Shown piece by piece: positions 23,429-35,159 of a stretch of DNA of 64,000 bases. Positions within the stretch are counted from its first letter, which is position 1. Each line of letters begins with the position of its first letter. Source of the stretch: Octopus vulgaris (lineage: Eukaryota); NCBI GenBank assembly GCA_951406725.2, contig OX597819.1, positions 124,248,001-124,312,000 on the forward strand, written 5' to 3'. Under the pieces are notes generated by a model, which saw nothing but the letters and a program-made list of their open reading frames with translations, had not been told where the DNA came from and searched no databases. Both the position numbers and the translations under genes were made by a program.

Positions 23429-24239
23429 AAACTTGCTCTAGAAAATACTGGTCAAGAGGTATTTGTATGCACGTTCATAAATACCAAATAAGGAGGTATA
23501 TGTTATTTTAAATTTATATTTAAAGATTTGCTCATGGTCAACTTTCAATTTCTATTATGTTTTTAATTGAATAGGCAGCTAGTACTAGTATGTGAGATTG
23601 ACTAATATTTTTTATTAAGAATTACAATCAGTCAACAACAAGTCGCTTACGTTATCTAAAAACGTCTTGATGAATTTAAAAAAAAACAAACATAAAAACA
23701 GATTAACCTCACGAAATACGCATAAACTTGGGAAAAGATGTTTTAAAAATGAACAACTTAGTTGATTGTCATAAAGTATAATAATGTGGAATTGATCTAT
23801 ATTATGTATTAAAGAAAAGTTTTGTTTTAAAAATAAACGATTATTTCCTTGATATATTTGAAATTGATGCAAGGGAGACAATCTACAAAAACCACTATGT
23901 GGACAGCCATATGCTAGAAATAGATCACCTACGATCAGACTACAAAGAGAGAATGTTCTCTAGAGAAAAATTCAGCGGACACCAGAACAGTGGTTTTTAG
24001 CCCTTAAAATATTAATATGTATTAGAATTTTCTCTGATTTTTCAGATTTTTGTATGCTAGGCTACTGGTTTTAAATTTATATTAATTAAATTAATATTCA
24101 ATTTATCTCCCTCATTATATATATATATATATTATAATAAATAGAATTATTTAGCTTGTATAAAAGCATACACATACATATAAACACACACACACACACA
24201 TATTTTTATTGATATATATTCATACATTTTCAGATATAT

Positions 24240-26260
24240 ATCTATATATACGTACATTCACATAGAAACTAGGTGCGTGTGTTAAAATATTCCATTTAAT
24301 TGTGTAGTTGACATTGTCTTTTTTCAGATGCCAAATGTTCTTTGAAAGTGCTGTACTATTCATTTTGTTTTGGTCCATAAAAGCCGATTCGTGATTTGCT
24401 ATTCTTAGACGTTTCAGGTGTGGAAGCACGGATTGGAATCAAAGGGCCTTAGAGTTAACCTAGCTAAAACCAAAGTCCTAATAAGTAGAAAGGTAGACAA
24501 AACTACAAATCCCTTCAGGTACATGGCCCTGCTCGATCTGTAGAAAAGGCGTATGTAGAAACTCTATAAAATGTACCCAGTGTAAGCTATGGACACATAA
24601 GAGGTACAGCAATATCAAAGGAAGGCTAACTGGGAAGATAGTTTTTGTGCGTGGCAATAAACACTGAAAATGTGCAGAGAACAACTTCTGCCACATTCCA
24701 GGGAGAAAAACTAAAAGTAGTTGATAGCTTCCGTTATCTAGGTAACCAAGTCAGTAGCTGGGGTGGGTGCTCTGAAAGTGTAGCTGCTAGAATAAGAATA
24801 GCCTGGGCAAAGTTCAGAGAGCTCCTACCTCTGCTGGTGACAAAGGGCCTCTCGCTCAGAGTAAAAGGTAGACTTATGACGCATGTGTACAAACAGCCAT
24901 GCTACATGGCAGTAAAACATGGGCCATGACTGCTGAGGACATGCGTAAGCTTGCAAGGAATGAAGTCAGTATGCTCCACTGGATGTGTAATGTCAGTGTG
25001 CATACTCGACAGAGTGTAAGTACCTTGAGAGAAAAGTTGGACCTAAGAAGCATCAGATGTGGTGTGCAAGAGAGACAACTGCACTGGTATGGTCATGTGG
25101 CGAGAATGGATGAGGATAGCTGTGTGAAAAAGTGCCACACCCTAGCAGTTGAGGGAACCTGTGGAAGAGGTAGACCCAGGAAGACCTGGGATGAAGTGGT
25201 AAAGCATGACCTTTGAACTTTAGGCCTCACCAAGGAAATGACTAGTGACCGAGACTTTTGGAAATATGCTGTGCTTGAGAAGACCTGGCAAGCCAAGTGA
25301 GACCATAACCCGTGGCCTATGCCAAGGATGTAACCAGCCCACTTGTGCGTACCTTTCCTTCATTGGACACTAAATTCTGTTTGCGAAGACCTTTGAGGCA
25401 AGTGAAATTTGAAATTAAATTTGATGACAGCACCATATGACTGGCATCCATGCTAGTGGAGCACTAAGAGCACCATCCGAGCATGATCATTGCCAGAGCA
25501 GCTGACTGGCTTCCATGCCGGTGGCACATAAAAAGTACCATTCAAGCGTGATCGTTACCAGTGTTGCCTTACTGGCACGTGAAAAAAATATTCGAGCAAG
25601 GTCGTTGCCAGTGCTGCTGGACTGGCTCCTGTGTATGTGGCACGTAAAAGCACCCACTACACTCTTGGAGCAGTTGGCGTTAGGAAGGGCATCCAGCTGT
25701 AGAAACTCTGCCAGATCATATTGGAGCCTGGTGCAGCTATCTGGTTTGCCAATCCTCAGTCAGATCGTCCAACCCATGCCAGCATGGAAAGTGGACATTA
25801 AACGATGATAATGATGATGATGAATTTAACCCAATTCTGTGTAGATCCAATATGATAAAACTTGGTCATATCTTGTGCAATTATTGCCGCCTGGTATATT
25901 ACATTTCTTCTTCTACAATCCTTGTTTAACTTGAAGTTATCTGGGTCTCTGCAATTGCAGTTTATCTTTTGTCTAGACAATGAAATATTATTATTCTTCG
26001 TAGATTTATTTAAGTTATTGTCTGTAAAGGTATTTCTATTGTTATTGTTAAAAGTATTATTCATACTATTTTTTTATAATTTTTTATTATATGATTTACT
26101 ATCTATTAGTGTTTTTTTCTATTTTTATGGAATAAACCCAGTTTTCTATTATTAAACAAAGAGATTATCCTGAAAAGGTTGGGAGAAACAAACAATCTGA
26201 ATTTTATGTTTGCCATTAAATATTTTTCTGTATCTAGTGTTTTTAAAGTTTTTATTCATT
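24240..26260 (-). mobile_element. Penelope-like GIY-YIG endonuclease remnant, split by an RTE insertion
   Basis: CNCR..DC..NVIYQA..YHIGST (26000-25825) and RIANHESAF..NSTALSKNIWHLK..YTIKWNIL (24410-24260). Confidence 0.8.
24411..25822 (+). mobile_element. 5'-truncated RTE LINE (RT C-terminus, 3' UTR, (GAT)n tail)
   Basis: LESKGLRVNLAKTK, WPCSICRKG, FRYLG, RGRPRKTWDEVVKHDL, 3' UTR repeat units, tail. Confidence 0.92.
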
Positions 26261-26301
26261 TATGGGTGCAGGAATGGCTGTGTGGTAAATAGCTCGCTTA
26301 C

Positions 26302-28088
26302 TGCTACCAAGTTGTCGGGTATTTATTCATTGTGGTGGAAGTCAGGTTATACGTGAAAAATTGAACATTTGAAGCACAACCACAGGTAAAGCATTTGTTT
26401 TTTGGGAGCTTAGTGGGGTCTGCTGTTTGTATTTAAGTATTTTTTTCGAACAGGGGTATCCACTGGGTTCCAGGCATTTGTTTGCCAGTGGTTGTGCAAG
26501 AAGACTCACTTTGTAATAAGAATTGTGTTTATTTTGGGAGGCGTGTCCCTCCGAAAATTTTTAAGAATTTTTTATGATTGTGTTTCTGCCCTTTCAAGTG
26601 GATTTTTACCACAAAGGATAGGAGTACAGCCAGATTTGGACGGAATACTATTTGTGCTGCAAAGGACAAGGAGTTTGGATTACCAGAGTAGCTGAATTGT
26701 GTTATGTTGTGTTGCCATTTTAGACCATCTTCCTTCTCTTGTCTGTCTTTCTGATCTTTTTTGAGGTTCTTTATAGACTTTCATTTGAACATTTTGATTT
26801 TTGTTTTGGCTATCAACATGGCAACTGTGAAATCCACTTTGCAGAAGCTCGTCATTTTGCGAGCATCCCTTTGGAGGGGGAGAAAATTTTGTTTCTCCCA
26901 ACTTATGGTGGTAGAAAGTTGACAAGAGCCTGGGTGTGTGGGCTGCCACCTGGTATAGAGGCCTAGTGGCTAGAAGACACTATCCATCAGGGCCTGGATG
27001 GTGGCCTGCCAGACTCTTAAATGTAAAAATGTTACCTGCGGTTGATTGGATTGGGTCAAAATTGCTTTTGACCCCATGGACCCAATCAGCTGACGATTTG
27101 GTTTTACCAGATGTTTTAACAATGGCCAATTCCAGGTACCCGGTGATTGTTGAGGGAATCCCCCCAAGTGTCACCTGTGCCTGGAATCGGGCCATATAAA
27201 GAAGAACTGTCGCTGGGACCAGGCAGGGGTTCTGGAACAGTTAATTGAAAAGGTGTCCCTTGCTCCCCCAGTGAAGGAAAACGTTGAGGAGGAGGTAACC
27301 TTCTTGAAAACAAAAGGGAAGAAAAGAAAGAAGGCAACAATGGTTGCCCACTGATGGATCCTGAGACGGCAAGAGGGAGGGAGGGTCCTCCGGAGATGTC
27401 GGAGGAACTCCACCTCCCATCGTAAAAGGAAAAAAGAAGAGAAAGAAGAAAAATGGAGCGTTGCCGGCAACGGCATGTCCCGAAACCAGATGTGTGCCAC
27501 CAAGCGAGAGAGTTGAGGCCCCTCCCAGTGAAAGTGGTGAAGAATACATGTTCTTCTATCTTAGGGGAGGGGCTATTAACAGTTTCGTGGAGAATAATAT
27601 GGATAGTTGGGGCCCGGGGGACCCGACTTGTATTGACAGCTTAGAGTGGCCTCCACAGGTGGCTGCTCTGCTGCTGGAAAGAAAGCACTGTGATCTAATA
27701 ACTGACTCGTGTAAAAACAAGAATTATAGAATTCTTTTTTGGATCCCCGGATTGTGGTTGCAGGAATGCCTGCAAGTCGCAAGAAAATTACTCGGGGAAG
27801 GATTGTAGAGGTTTATTGCCTCCAATTTGTGTATAAATTATGTTTATATTTGTATGGACTTTTTAGTCCAAATATATTGTATTTTAAATTGTAAGAGGGT
27901 TAATACCTCTGTATATGTGTTTTTAAAGAACAATGCTATAGAGAAGCAGAGGGTCAGCGGGCGTTTTCTGTCTTCACCCATCTTTATCATTTTTGTATCA
28001 TAATCATTCGCCTCATCAATGTCTGTGTCCAACCCGCAAAACTACCTTATCTATGTGCTGCCTACATGGCAAATTTAATGAATAAATG
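26302..28088 (+). mobile_element. Gag/ORF1-like (CCHC zinc knuckle) non-autonomous retroelement inserted in a SINE head
   Basis: CHLCLESGHIKKNC at 27169-27210 after YPVIVEGIP; AATAAA at the 3' end; TSD tagctcgcttac / tagcttgcttac. Confidence 0.7.
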
Positions 28089-28423
28089 TAGCTTGCTTAC
28101 CAACCACATAGTTCCGGGTTCAGTCCCACTGCGTGGTACCTTGGACAAATGTCTTCTACTATAGCCTCTGGCCGACCAAAGCCTTGCGAGTGAATTGGTA
28201 GACGGAAACTGAGACAAGCCTGTCATATTCATATATTTATATATGTGTGTGTGTGTGTATGCTTGACAACTAATGTTGGTGTGTTTACATCTCCATAACG
28301 AAGCGGTTCGGCAAAAGAGATTGATAGAATAAGTACTAGGCTTACAAAGAATAAGTCCTAGGGTCAATTTGTTTGACTAAAGGTAGTACTCCAGCATGGC
28401 CACAGTCAAATGACTGAAACAAG
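28089..28423 (+). mobile_element. SINE family A body (its head is at 26264-26301)
   Basis: Continues the consensus tagcttgcttaccaaccaca...gactgaaacaagt. Confidence 0.88.
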
Positions 28424-29401
28424 TTATTTTGAATAAAAGTGAAGAAACTCTCAGATACCTTCCAGCCATGACCTCCCCACTTTCAAAAAGCTAAAAACTC
28501 AGAATGCTTCACTTTTAGCATAAGATTCTATGCATGCATGAAGCATCAGAGAGAAAAGCGAAACATTCAGAGATTTTAGCTTTTTGAAAACAGGGAGGTG
28601 ATGGGTGGGCAAGGTGGAGGAATGGCATTCAGTGTTCCTTTAGGAAAAATTAAAATTAAAAAAAAAATTCCCAGATTTGTAATCTGTATTTTTCTACATG
28701 GATTAAAAACAATTGGGGAGGAGGGAAATCAAAATTTTGAAAAAAAAGATATTTGGGCAAAATTGTATTCTCCTGTATCAACAACACAGAAATCCAAAGA
28801 AATTTTGGGGAAAAAGAAAAAAAGTTGGAAATGGGGTGGGGTTTGCATGCACTTCCCCTTTGCCGGAGAAAAATATTGAAAATATATCAATACATACAAG
28901 AGGTGAATATTAAGGGTTGTTTGGGATGTGCAAGAAACAACAGCCAAATTTCCCTTGTACACCTTTTCTTGTAAAAATATTTACATTTTGTTTTTATTTA
29001 TTTGTTGTATTTTTTAAACCAAAAAGGCTCTTCCCGTGGTTTCTAACTTTACAAAAATTGGCCAAAATCAGTCCAGGTGAAGAAAGTGGAGGGAGGTGAA
29101 AAAATTTTGAAAACTTTATTTTTCATAAAAAGATGCCCACCCCATCATTTCAAAGGCTGTGGTAAAATACAAAATGAGAGAAATCCCCGTCAAAACAAAG
29201 TTAGTTCCAACTTATTTGGTTGTCCTGATCTCAAATTCTGTTTTTTTCTAAACTCCTTTTCCCACCCCATCGGAAAAAATTTTCCCCCACTAATTTTTTT
29301 AATAATCGTAATCTATGCTATTTGAAAGGCATTTGCATGAAATTTCGTGGTTAATATCTAGTCTAACACTGGGCCACCAAAACAAAATGAAACAAGTGTA
29401 A

Positions 29402-29885
29402 TCATCATCATCATCATTTAACGACTGCTTTTCATGCTAGCATGGGTTGGACAGTTTGACTGTGGGTTGGTGAACCAGATGGCTGCACCAGACTCCAATC
29501 TGATCTGGCAGAGTTTCTACAGCTGGATGCCCTTCCTAACGCTAATCACTCCGAGAGTGTAGTAGGTGCTTTCACGTGCCACCGGTACGGGGGCCAGTCA
29601 GGCGGTACTGGCAACGACCATTTCGTCTGCGTTACGTTGTGAGTTCAAATTCTGACTTTGCCTTTCATCCTTTCGGGGTCGATAAATTAAGTACCAGTTA
29701 CGCACTGGGGTCGATGTAATCGACTTAATACCTATGTCTGTTCTTGTTTGTCCCCTCTGTGTTTAGCCCCTTGTGGGTAATAAAGGAATAGGTACTGGCA
29801 ACGACCTTGCTCGAATTTTTTTACACATGCCACCAGCACAGGTGCCAGTAAGGCGATGCTGGTAACGATCACGCTCAAATGGTGT
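29402..29885 (-). mobile_element. RTE 3' tail containing a truncated family-B SINE (29620-29790, +)
   Basis: 16-bp TSD GGTACTGGCAACGACC at 29604-29619 and 29791-29806. Confidence 0.88.
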
Positions 29886-30430
29886 AGGTGTAAAAAAAAA
29901 ATATGTAGCAAACGAATGTGAAAACCAAAATTTATGCAAACGAACAAGGAGGTGGGGAGAGGAGTTTCGGAAAATTCACAAGATCCGATTTTTCCTTCAT
30001 AACTTTCAGGAAAATGGATATCTTTTGATGGAATTTTATATACATACCTTTCAAACAGCATAGATTACAATTATGAAGAAACTTGTGGGGAAAATTTTTT
30101 TTGGGGGGGAGTTTCGGATCAAGGAGACCACATAAGTTTGAATTTCTCCGTTTTGACTGGGAATTGTTCTTTTACCACAGCCTTCGAATTGATAGGGAGC
30201 ATCTTTGGTTAATGTTTACATCTTGACCCGCGAATGAAAATCCAAAAATAAATACCTGAATGGGTGTAAAGCTATGTGTAGGAAACGAATATGAAAAAGA
30301 AAAAAAAAATGCATGCAAAGCAACAGGAGGGTGGGAAGAGGACTTCGGATAATTCACAAGATCCAAGTTTTCCCCTCATAACTGTACATATATGTGTGTC
30401 TGTATGTGTATGTATATATGTATATATATA

Positions 30431-30822
30431 GGCGCAGGAGTGGCTGTGTGGTAAGTAACTTGCTAACCAACCACATGGTTCCGGGTTCAGTTCCACTGCG
30501 TGGCACCTTGGGCAAGTGTCTTCTGCTATAGCCTCGGGCCGACCAAAGCCTTGTGAGTGGATTTGGTAGACGGAAACTGAAAGAAGCCCGTCGTATATAT
30601 GTATATATGCGTTTGTGTGTCTGTGTTTGTACCCCTAGCATTGCCTGACAACCGATGCTGGTGTGTTTACGTCCCCGTCACTTAGCGGTTCGGCAAAAAG
30701 AGACCGATAGAATAAGTACTGGGCTTACAAAGAATAAGTCCCGGGGTCGATTTGCTCGACTAAAGGCGGTGCTCCAGCATGGCCGCAGTCAAATGACTGA
30801 AACAAGTAAAAGAGTAAAAGAG
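30431..30822 (+). mobile_element. SINE family A, full length
   Basis: tRNA-like head (TGGCTGTGTGG A-box, GGTTCAGTTCC B-box), accttgggcaagtg core, central TA/TG tract, (GTAAAAGA)n tail. Confidence 0.93.
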
Positions 30823-30829
30823 AATATAA

Positions 30830-30874
<45 letters not shown>

Positions 30875-31347
30875 CAAAACATAGCCATTTTCCTGAAAGT
30901 TATGAGGGGAAAAATCGGATTGTGTTAATTTTCCGAAAAGTCTTTTCCGCACACCCTGGTTCGTTTGCGCAAATTTTGGGTAGGTTCGTTTACTACACAT
31001 TTTTTTTTACAGCTATTATACTTGTTTTTCTTTCCTTTTTTTTTGTGACCAGATGTTAAACTAGATATTAACCAATTTCATTAAAAGATATCCATTTTCC
31101 TGAAAGTTGCAAGGGAAAAAAAAGTCGGATCATGTGAATTTTCCGAAACCCCTCTCCTTACTCCTCCCTCAGAAAATTCTTTCCCATAAATTCCTATATA
31201 CTTAGAATCCACAGCATCTAAGCAGTGTTTACTGAAAATTTCACAGAAAAGTATCCATTTATCTGGAAGTTATGAGGCAACAAAGGTGGGGGGTGGAGTA
31301 CACATGTGTAGATGTGCCTAAATTCGTATATCGAGTATTATTAGGAG

Positions 31348-31514
31348 GGCGTAACTTCGGTATAGGTACCGGATACATTTCAAGTGTTTTTTTTATATAT
31401 ATATATAAATATATGGGGGGGTTAGTGTTAGGGCTAGGGGTGGGAGAAAAGGGTTTCTGTTATCTTCAGCAATGTAAACAAAGCCACTTCCGGTACCTAT
31501 ACCGAAGGATTGCC
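31348..31514. mobile_element. Short MITE with CTTCGGTATAGGTACCGGA TIR core
   Basis: GGC...GCC ends, 19-bp perfect inner TIR; interior resembles the 13096/23015 MITE core. Confidence 0.75.
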
Positions 31515-31781
31515 AAAAAATCTGTTATTTTGTCATCAAATTCAGTTCTTTGAAGAATTTGTGTCTTCTGACTTGGCAAATTTCTTACGATATTTTTCTA
31601 TTCTTTGATTGATAAATACAATTTTATTTTTTTTTTTACTATTAACAGAATGAGAAGTCAACAAGACATTACCAATTCTGACTTAATGACTATTTTTTTT
31701 ATACGTAGTTACTTCCAAAACACATCATATTTCTGTACTTTGTTATTTTATATATATTTTTGGATTTATCTGCGAGAATGA

Positions 31782-32083
31782 GGTACTACTTGAGAACAAT
31801 GGTCCCGGTGCGCGCATCCGCGCCAGCTAGTCATGACTAGTCGATCCTTACTTTGTATTTTTGTGTTATTTACTTTGTTTAAAAAATAAGTTACTTTGTG
31901 TTTTTGTGTTTTATTTACTTTGTTTAACAAAAATTATTTACTTTGTGTAAAAAAATTTATTCATTTTGTGTTTTATCTACTTTGCTAGGTAAGTCGTTTT
32001 AGGATCGACTAGTCACGACTAGCTAGCTCGGATGCGCGACTACACGAGTGCGCGCACCGGGACCGCTGTTCGCTAGTAGTACC
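31782..32083. mobile_element. GGTAC-terminated MITE with 9-bp TSD
   Basis: TIRs GGTACTAC...GTAGTACC; CGAGAATGA duplicated at 31773-31781 and 32084-32092. Confidence 0.92.
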
Positions 32084-32691
32084 CGAGAATGATATTGTAA
32101 TGATAGTCAGTATAACACCAGATCTTTTAGTCTGGTGTCCATTTCCTGCCACACATCGTCGTAACATGCTGGTTTTGGGCTTGTTTTGATAAATGCTCTC
32201 GTGGTGCTGCATATTAAAACACCAATGCAGCTTTTTAAATGTAATAAAAGTAAATAATAATTTGATGCCAAAATACGTACGTCTCAAAATGGGTGACGAC
32301 GTGGTCGTTCAACCTGCTAGAAATCACAGCCAAATAATAATAATCTATATATTTACGTTTTACAGGTTTAAATTTTACCTTCGTAATCATTGGACTCGTC
32401 CAACTCTATCCGAATCCGCTGTACGGTCCTCAGATTCACACCCAAACATTCTGAAATGTCCATATCGGAACTTCCGGCGCGAATTCCAAGCAGTACTCCA
32501 TGTCGTTCCCAAATTTCTGGCGGAGTGAATTGCGTCATCCTGCTATTTTTTTTTTCAAAGACGGTGCCCAGCTGATCCTACAAAACTGTGTAGTCGACAA
32601 AATCAAAAACAAACCTTGCGCATGCGCGAAATTAAAAATAAAATGACGACAAATTACCCATCGCAGCCTCTCTCTCACTATATATATATAT

Positions 32692-32705
32692 AGAAGCCTG
32701 TCGTA

Positions 32706-32764
<59 letters not shown>

Positions 32765-32968
32765 TTGTGTGTCTGTCTTTGTCCCCCTAGCATTGCTTGA
32801 CAACCGATGCTGGTGTGTTTACGTCCCCGTCACTTAGCGGTTCGGCAAAAGAAACCGATAGAATAAATACTGGGCTTACAAAGAATAAGTCCCGGGGTCG
32901 ATTTGCTCGACTAAAGGCGGTGCTCCAGCATGGCCGCAGTCAAATGACTGAAACAAGTAAAAGAGTAA
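32692..32968 (+). mobile_element. SINE family A, 3' half
   Basis: agaagcctgtcgtatat...gactgaaacaagtaaaagagtaaa. Confidence 0.88.
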
Positions 32969-33334
32969 ATATATATATATATAGATAGATAGATGAATAT
33001 GGTACTTTAGTTAAAGGCACCAGAATTGTGTATGGTATTATCCATATAAATCAAATGGGGTGATTATAATCAAAATAAGCAACAAGGATATCCATCGTTT
33101 CATGCTACTTCATTTTATTAAACCCTGTAAGTATTACATCAGTTTTAGAATGTCGAGCAATCTTCAGCCACATATAGAGTTTTTTAATTAAACAGACAAT
33201 GCACATTTTTATACTTATTTCATTTGCCAACATTTACAAAGAGGGTGAATTTATAGACAGAGAGGTTAATTTCATCATTAAGAACATGGTGGTAGTATGT
33301 TCATTCTCCGTCTGTAGATTTTATATATATATAT

Positions 33335-33521
33335 ATATAAAATGTACCAATCCGTGATAGAAAATTCAACAAAAAAAGTATTCCATCTGCTGAGAGAAAA
33401 AATATTATATTTAAAGATTACAATACATATGTTAAAGGGCTACTTTAAATATATTTTTTCTCTCACCAGATGGAGTACTTTTTTTGTTTTATTTTCTATC
33501 ACGGATTGGTACATTTTATAT
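33335..33521. repeat. ~85-bp-arm inverted repeat (Penelope-terminal-like)
   Basis: aaaatgtaccaatccgtgatagaaaat... versus ...attttctatcacggattggtacatttt. Confidence 0.85.
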
Positions 33522-33529
33522 GTGGTTTT

Positions 33530-33583
33530 GCCCCTGAAGATTGTGTTTGAGTTTCTTTCAACATATGAAACTATAAGTAGTGC
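33530..33583 (+). ncRNA. Type-I hammerhead ribozyme-like motif, core intact
   Basis: gccc-CTGAAGA-ttgtgtt..aacatat-GAAA-c tataa g-TA-gtgc: all core residues present, GUA site, short imperfect stems. Confidence 0.6.
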
Positions 33584-33654
33584 TTTAACATATATAGTGT
33601 GACCTTTAAGTAATTATAATAATAATAATAATAATAATATGTTCCGACGACTGG

Positions 33655-34132
33655 CACCCATGTCAACCTCCCTTCATTGGACACTAAACGCTGCTTGCGA
33701 AGACCTATTGGGGTAAGTGAAATCGAAATTGAACCAAATCCTATGACTGGTACCCAGGCGATGCCAGTGCCGCTGGACTGACCCCTGTGCAGGTGGCAAG
33801 TTAAGAAACACCGTTTCAACCCTGTGCTTGAGGAGATCTATTGAGTCAAGTACATCAACATCAAAAATCAATGGAAATTGTAGTTGGGATCCCTGTGCCA
33901 GTGGCACGTAAAAAGGACCTACCAATCGTGGCCATTGCCAGCCTCGCCTGGTATCTGTGCTGTTGGTTGGCACATAAAAAGCGCCCACTACACTCACGGA
34001 GTGGTTGGCGTTAGGAAGGGCATCCAGCTGTAGAAACACTGCCAGATCAGACTGGAGCCTGGTGCAGCCTTCTAGCTTCCCAGACCCCGGTCAAACTGTC
34101 CAACCCATGCTAGCATGGAAAATGGACGTTAA
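33655..34132 (+). mobile_element. RTE LINE 3' UTR/tail
   Basis: cttcattggacactaaa...repeat units...ggacgttaa. Confidence 0.88.
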
Positions 34133-34152
34133 CATACACATATATATATATA

Positions 34153-34960
34153 TCATCATCGTTTAACATCCGCTCTTCATGCTAGCATGGGTTGGATGAT
34201 TTGACTGAGGGCTTGGAAGCCAGAAGGCTGCACCAGGCTCCAATCTGATCTGGCAAAGTTTCTACAGCTGGATGCCCTTCCTAACACCAACCACTCCGAG
34301 AGTGTAGTGGGTGCTTTTACATGCCACCAGCACAAGTGCCAGTAAGGCGACGGAGGTAACGATCACGCTCGAATGGTGCATTTTATGTGCCACCAGCACG
34401 GAAGCAAGTTTGTTGCTCTGGCAACGATTACGCTTGGATGGTGCTCTTAGCGCTCCACTAGCATGGATGCCAGTCATTGAATTTGATTTCGATTTCGCTT
34501 CCCTCAACAGGTCTTCGCAAGCAGAATTTAGTGTCCAATGAAGGAAAGGTATGCATAAGTGGGCTGATTACACTGCTGGTATAGGCAACAAGACTATGGT
34601 CTCACTTGGCTCGCCGAGCCTTCTCAAGCACACTTTTCCAAAGGTCCCAGTCACTAGTCATTGCCTTGGTGAGGCCCAATGTTCAAAGGTCATGCTTCAC
34701 CACCTCATCCCAGGTCGTCCTGGGTCTTCCTCTTCCACAGGTTCCCTCAACTGCTTGGGTGTAGCACTTTTTCACACAGCTATCCTCATCCATTCTCGCC
34801 ACATTGCCATACCAGCGCAGTTGTCTCTCTTGCACACCACATCTGATGCTTCTTAGGTCCAGCTTTTCTCTCAAGGTACTTACACTCTGTCGAGTATGCA
34901 CACTGACGTTACACATCAATCGGAGCATACTGGCTTCATTCCCTGCGAGCTTACGTAAGC
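34153..34960 (-). mobile_element. 5'-truncated RTE LINE
   Basis: MLRLMCNVSV...RGRPRTTWDEVVKHDL plus 3' UTR and tail. Confidence 0.92.
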
Positions 34961-35159
34961 TAGTAAGGTATATATGTATATATATATCAGCCTATCAACC
35001 TACCTATATTTCTATCTATCCATCTCCATTGTCAATGGAACCTCACCCCAAAAAAACAAATACACTGTTCTCTTCTTCTAAACAAATCCCCTAAAAAAAC
35101 ATCTGTTTAATATAAATGAACTTAGCTGTTTATACATTCACAAAATTTTATTTGACAAG

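Noticed and set aside
23912-23925. GCTAGAAATAG resembling the Cas9 sgRNA scaffold
   Set aside because: Short coincidental match within a dispersed genomic motif; the rest of the scaffold is absent.
30431-30505. tRNA-like sequences with A and B boxes (also 15967, 39468, 40153, 43215, 46198)
   Set aside because: They continue into SINE bodies and tails and lack a clean cloverleaf, so they are SINE heads rather than tRNA genes.
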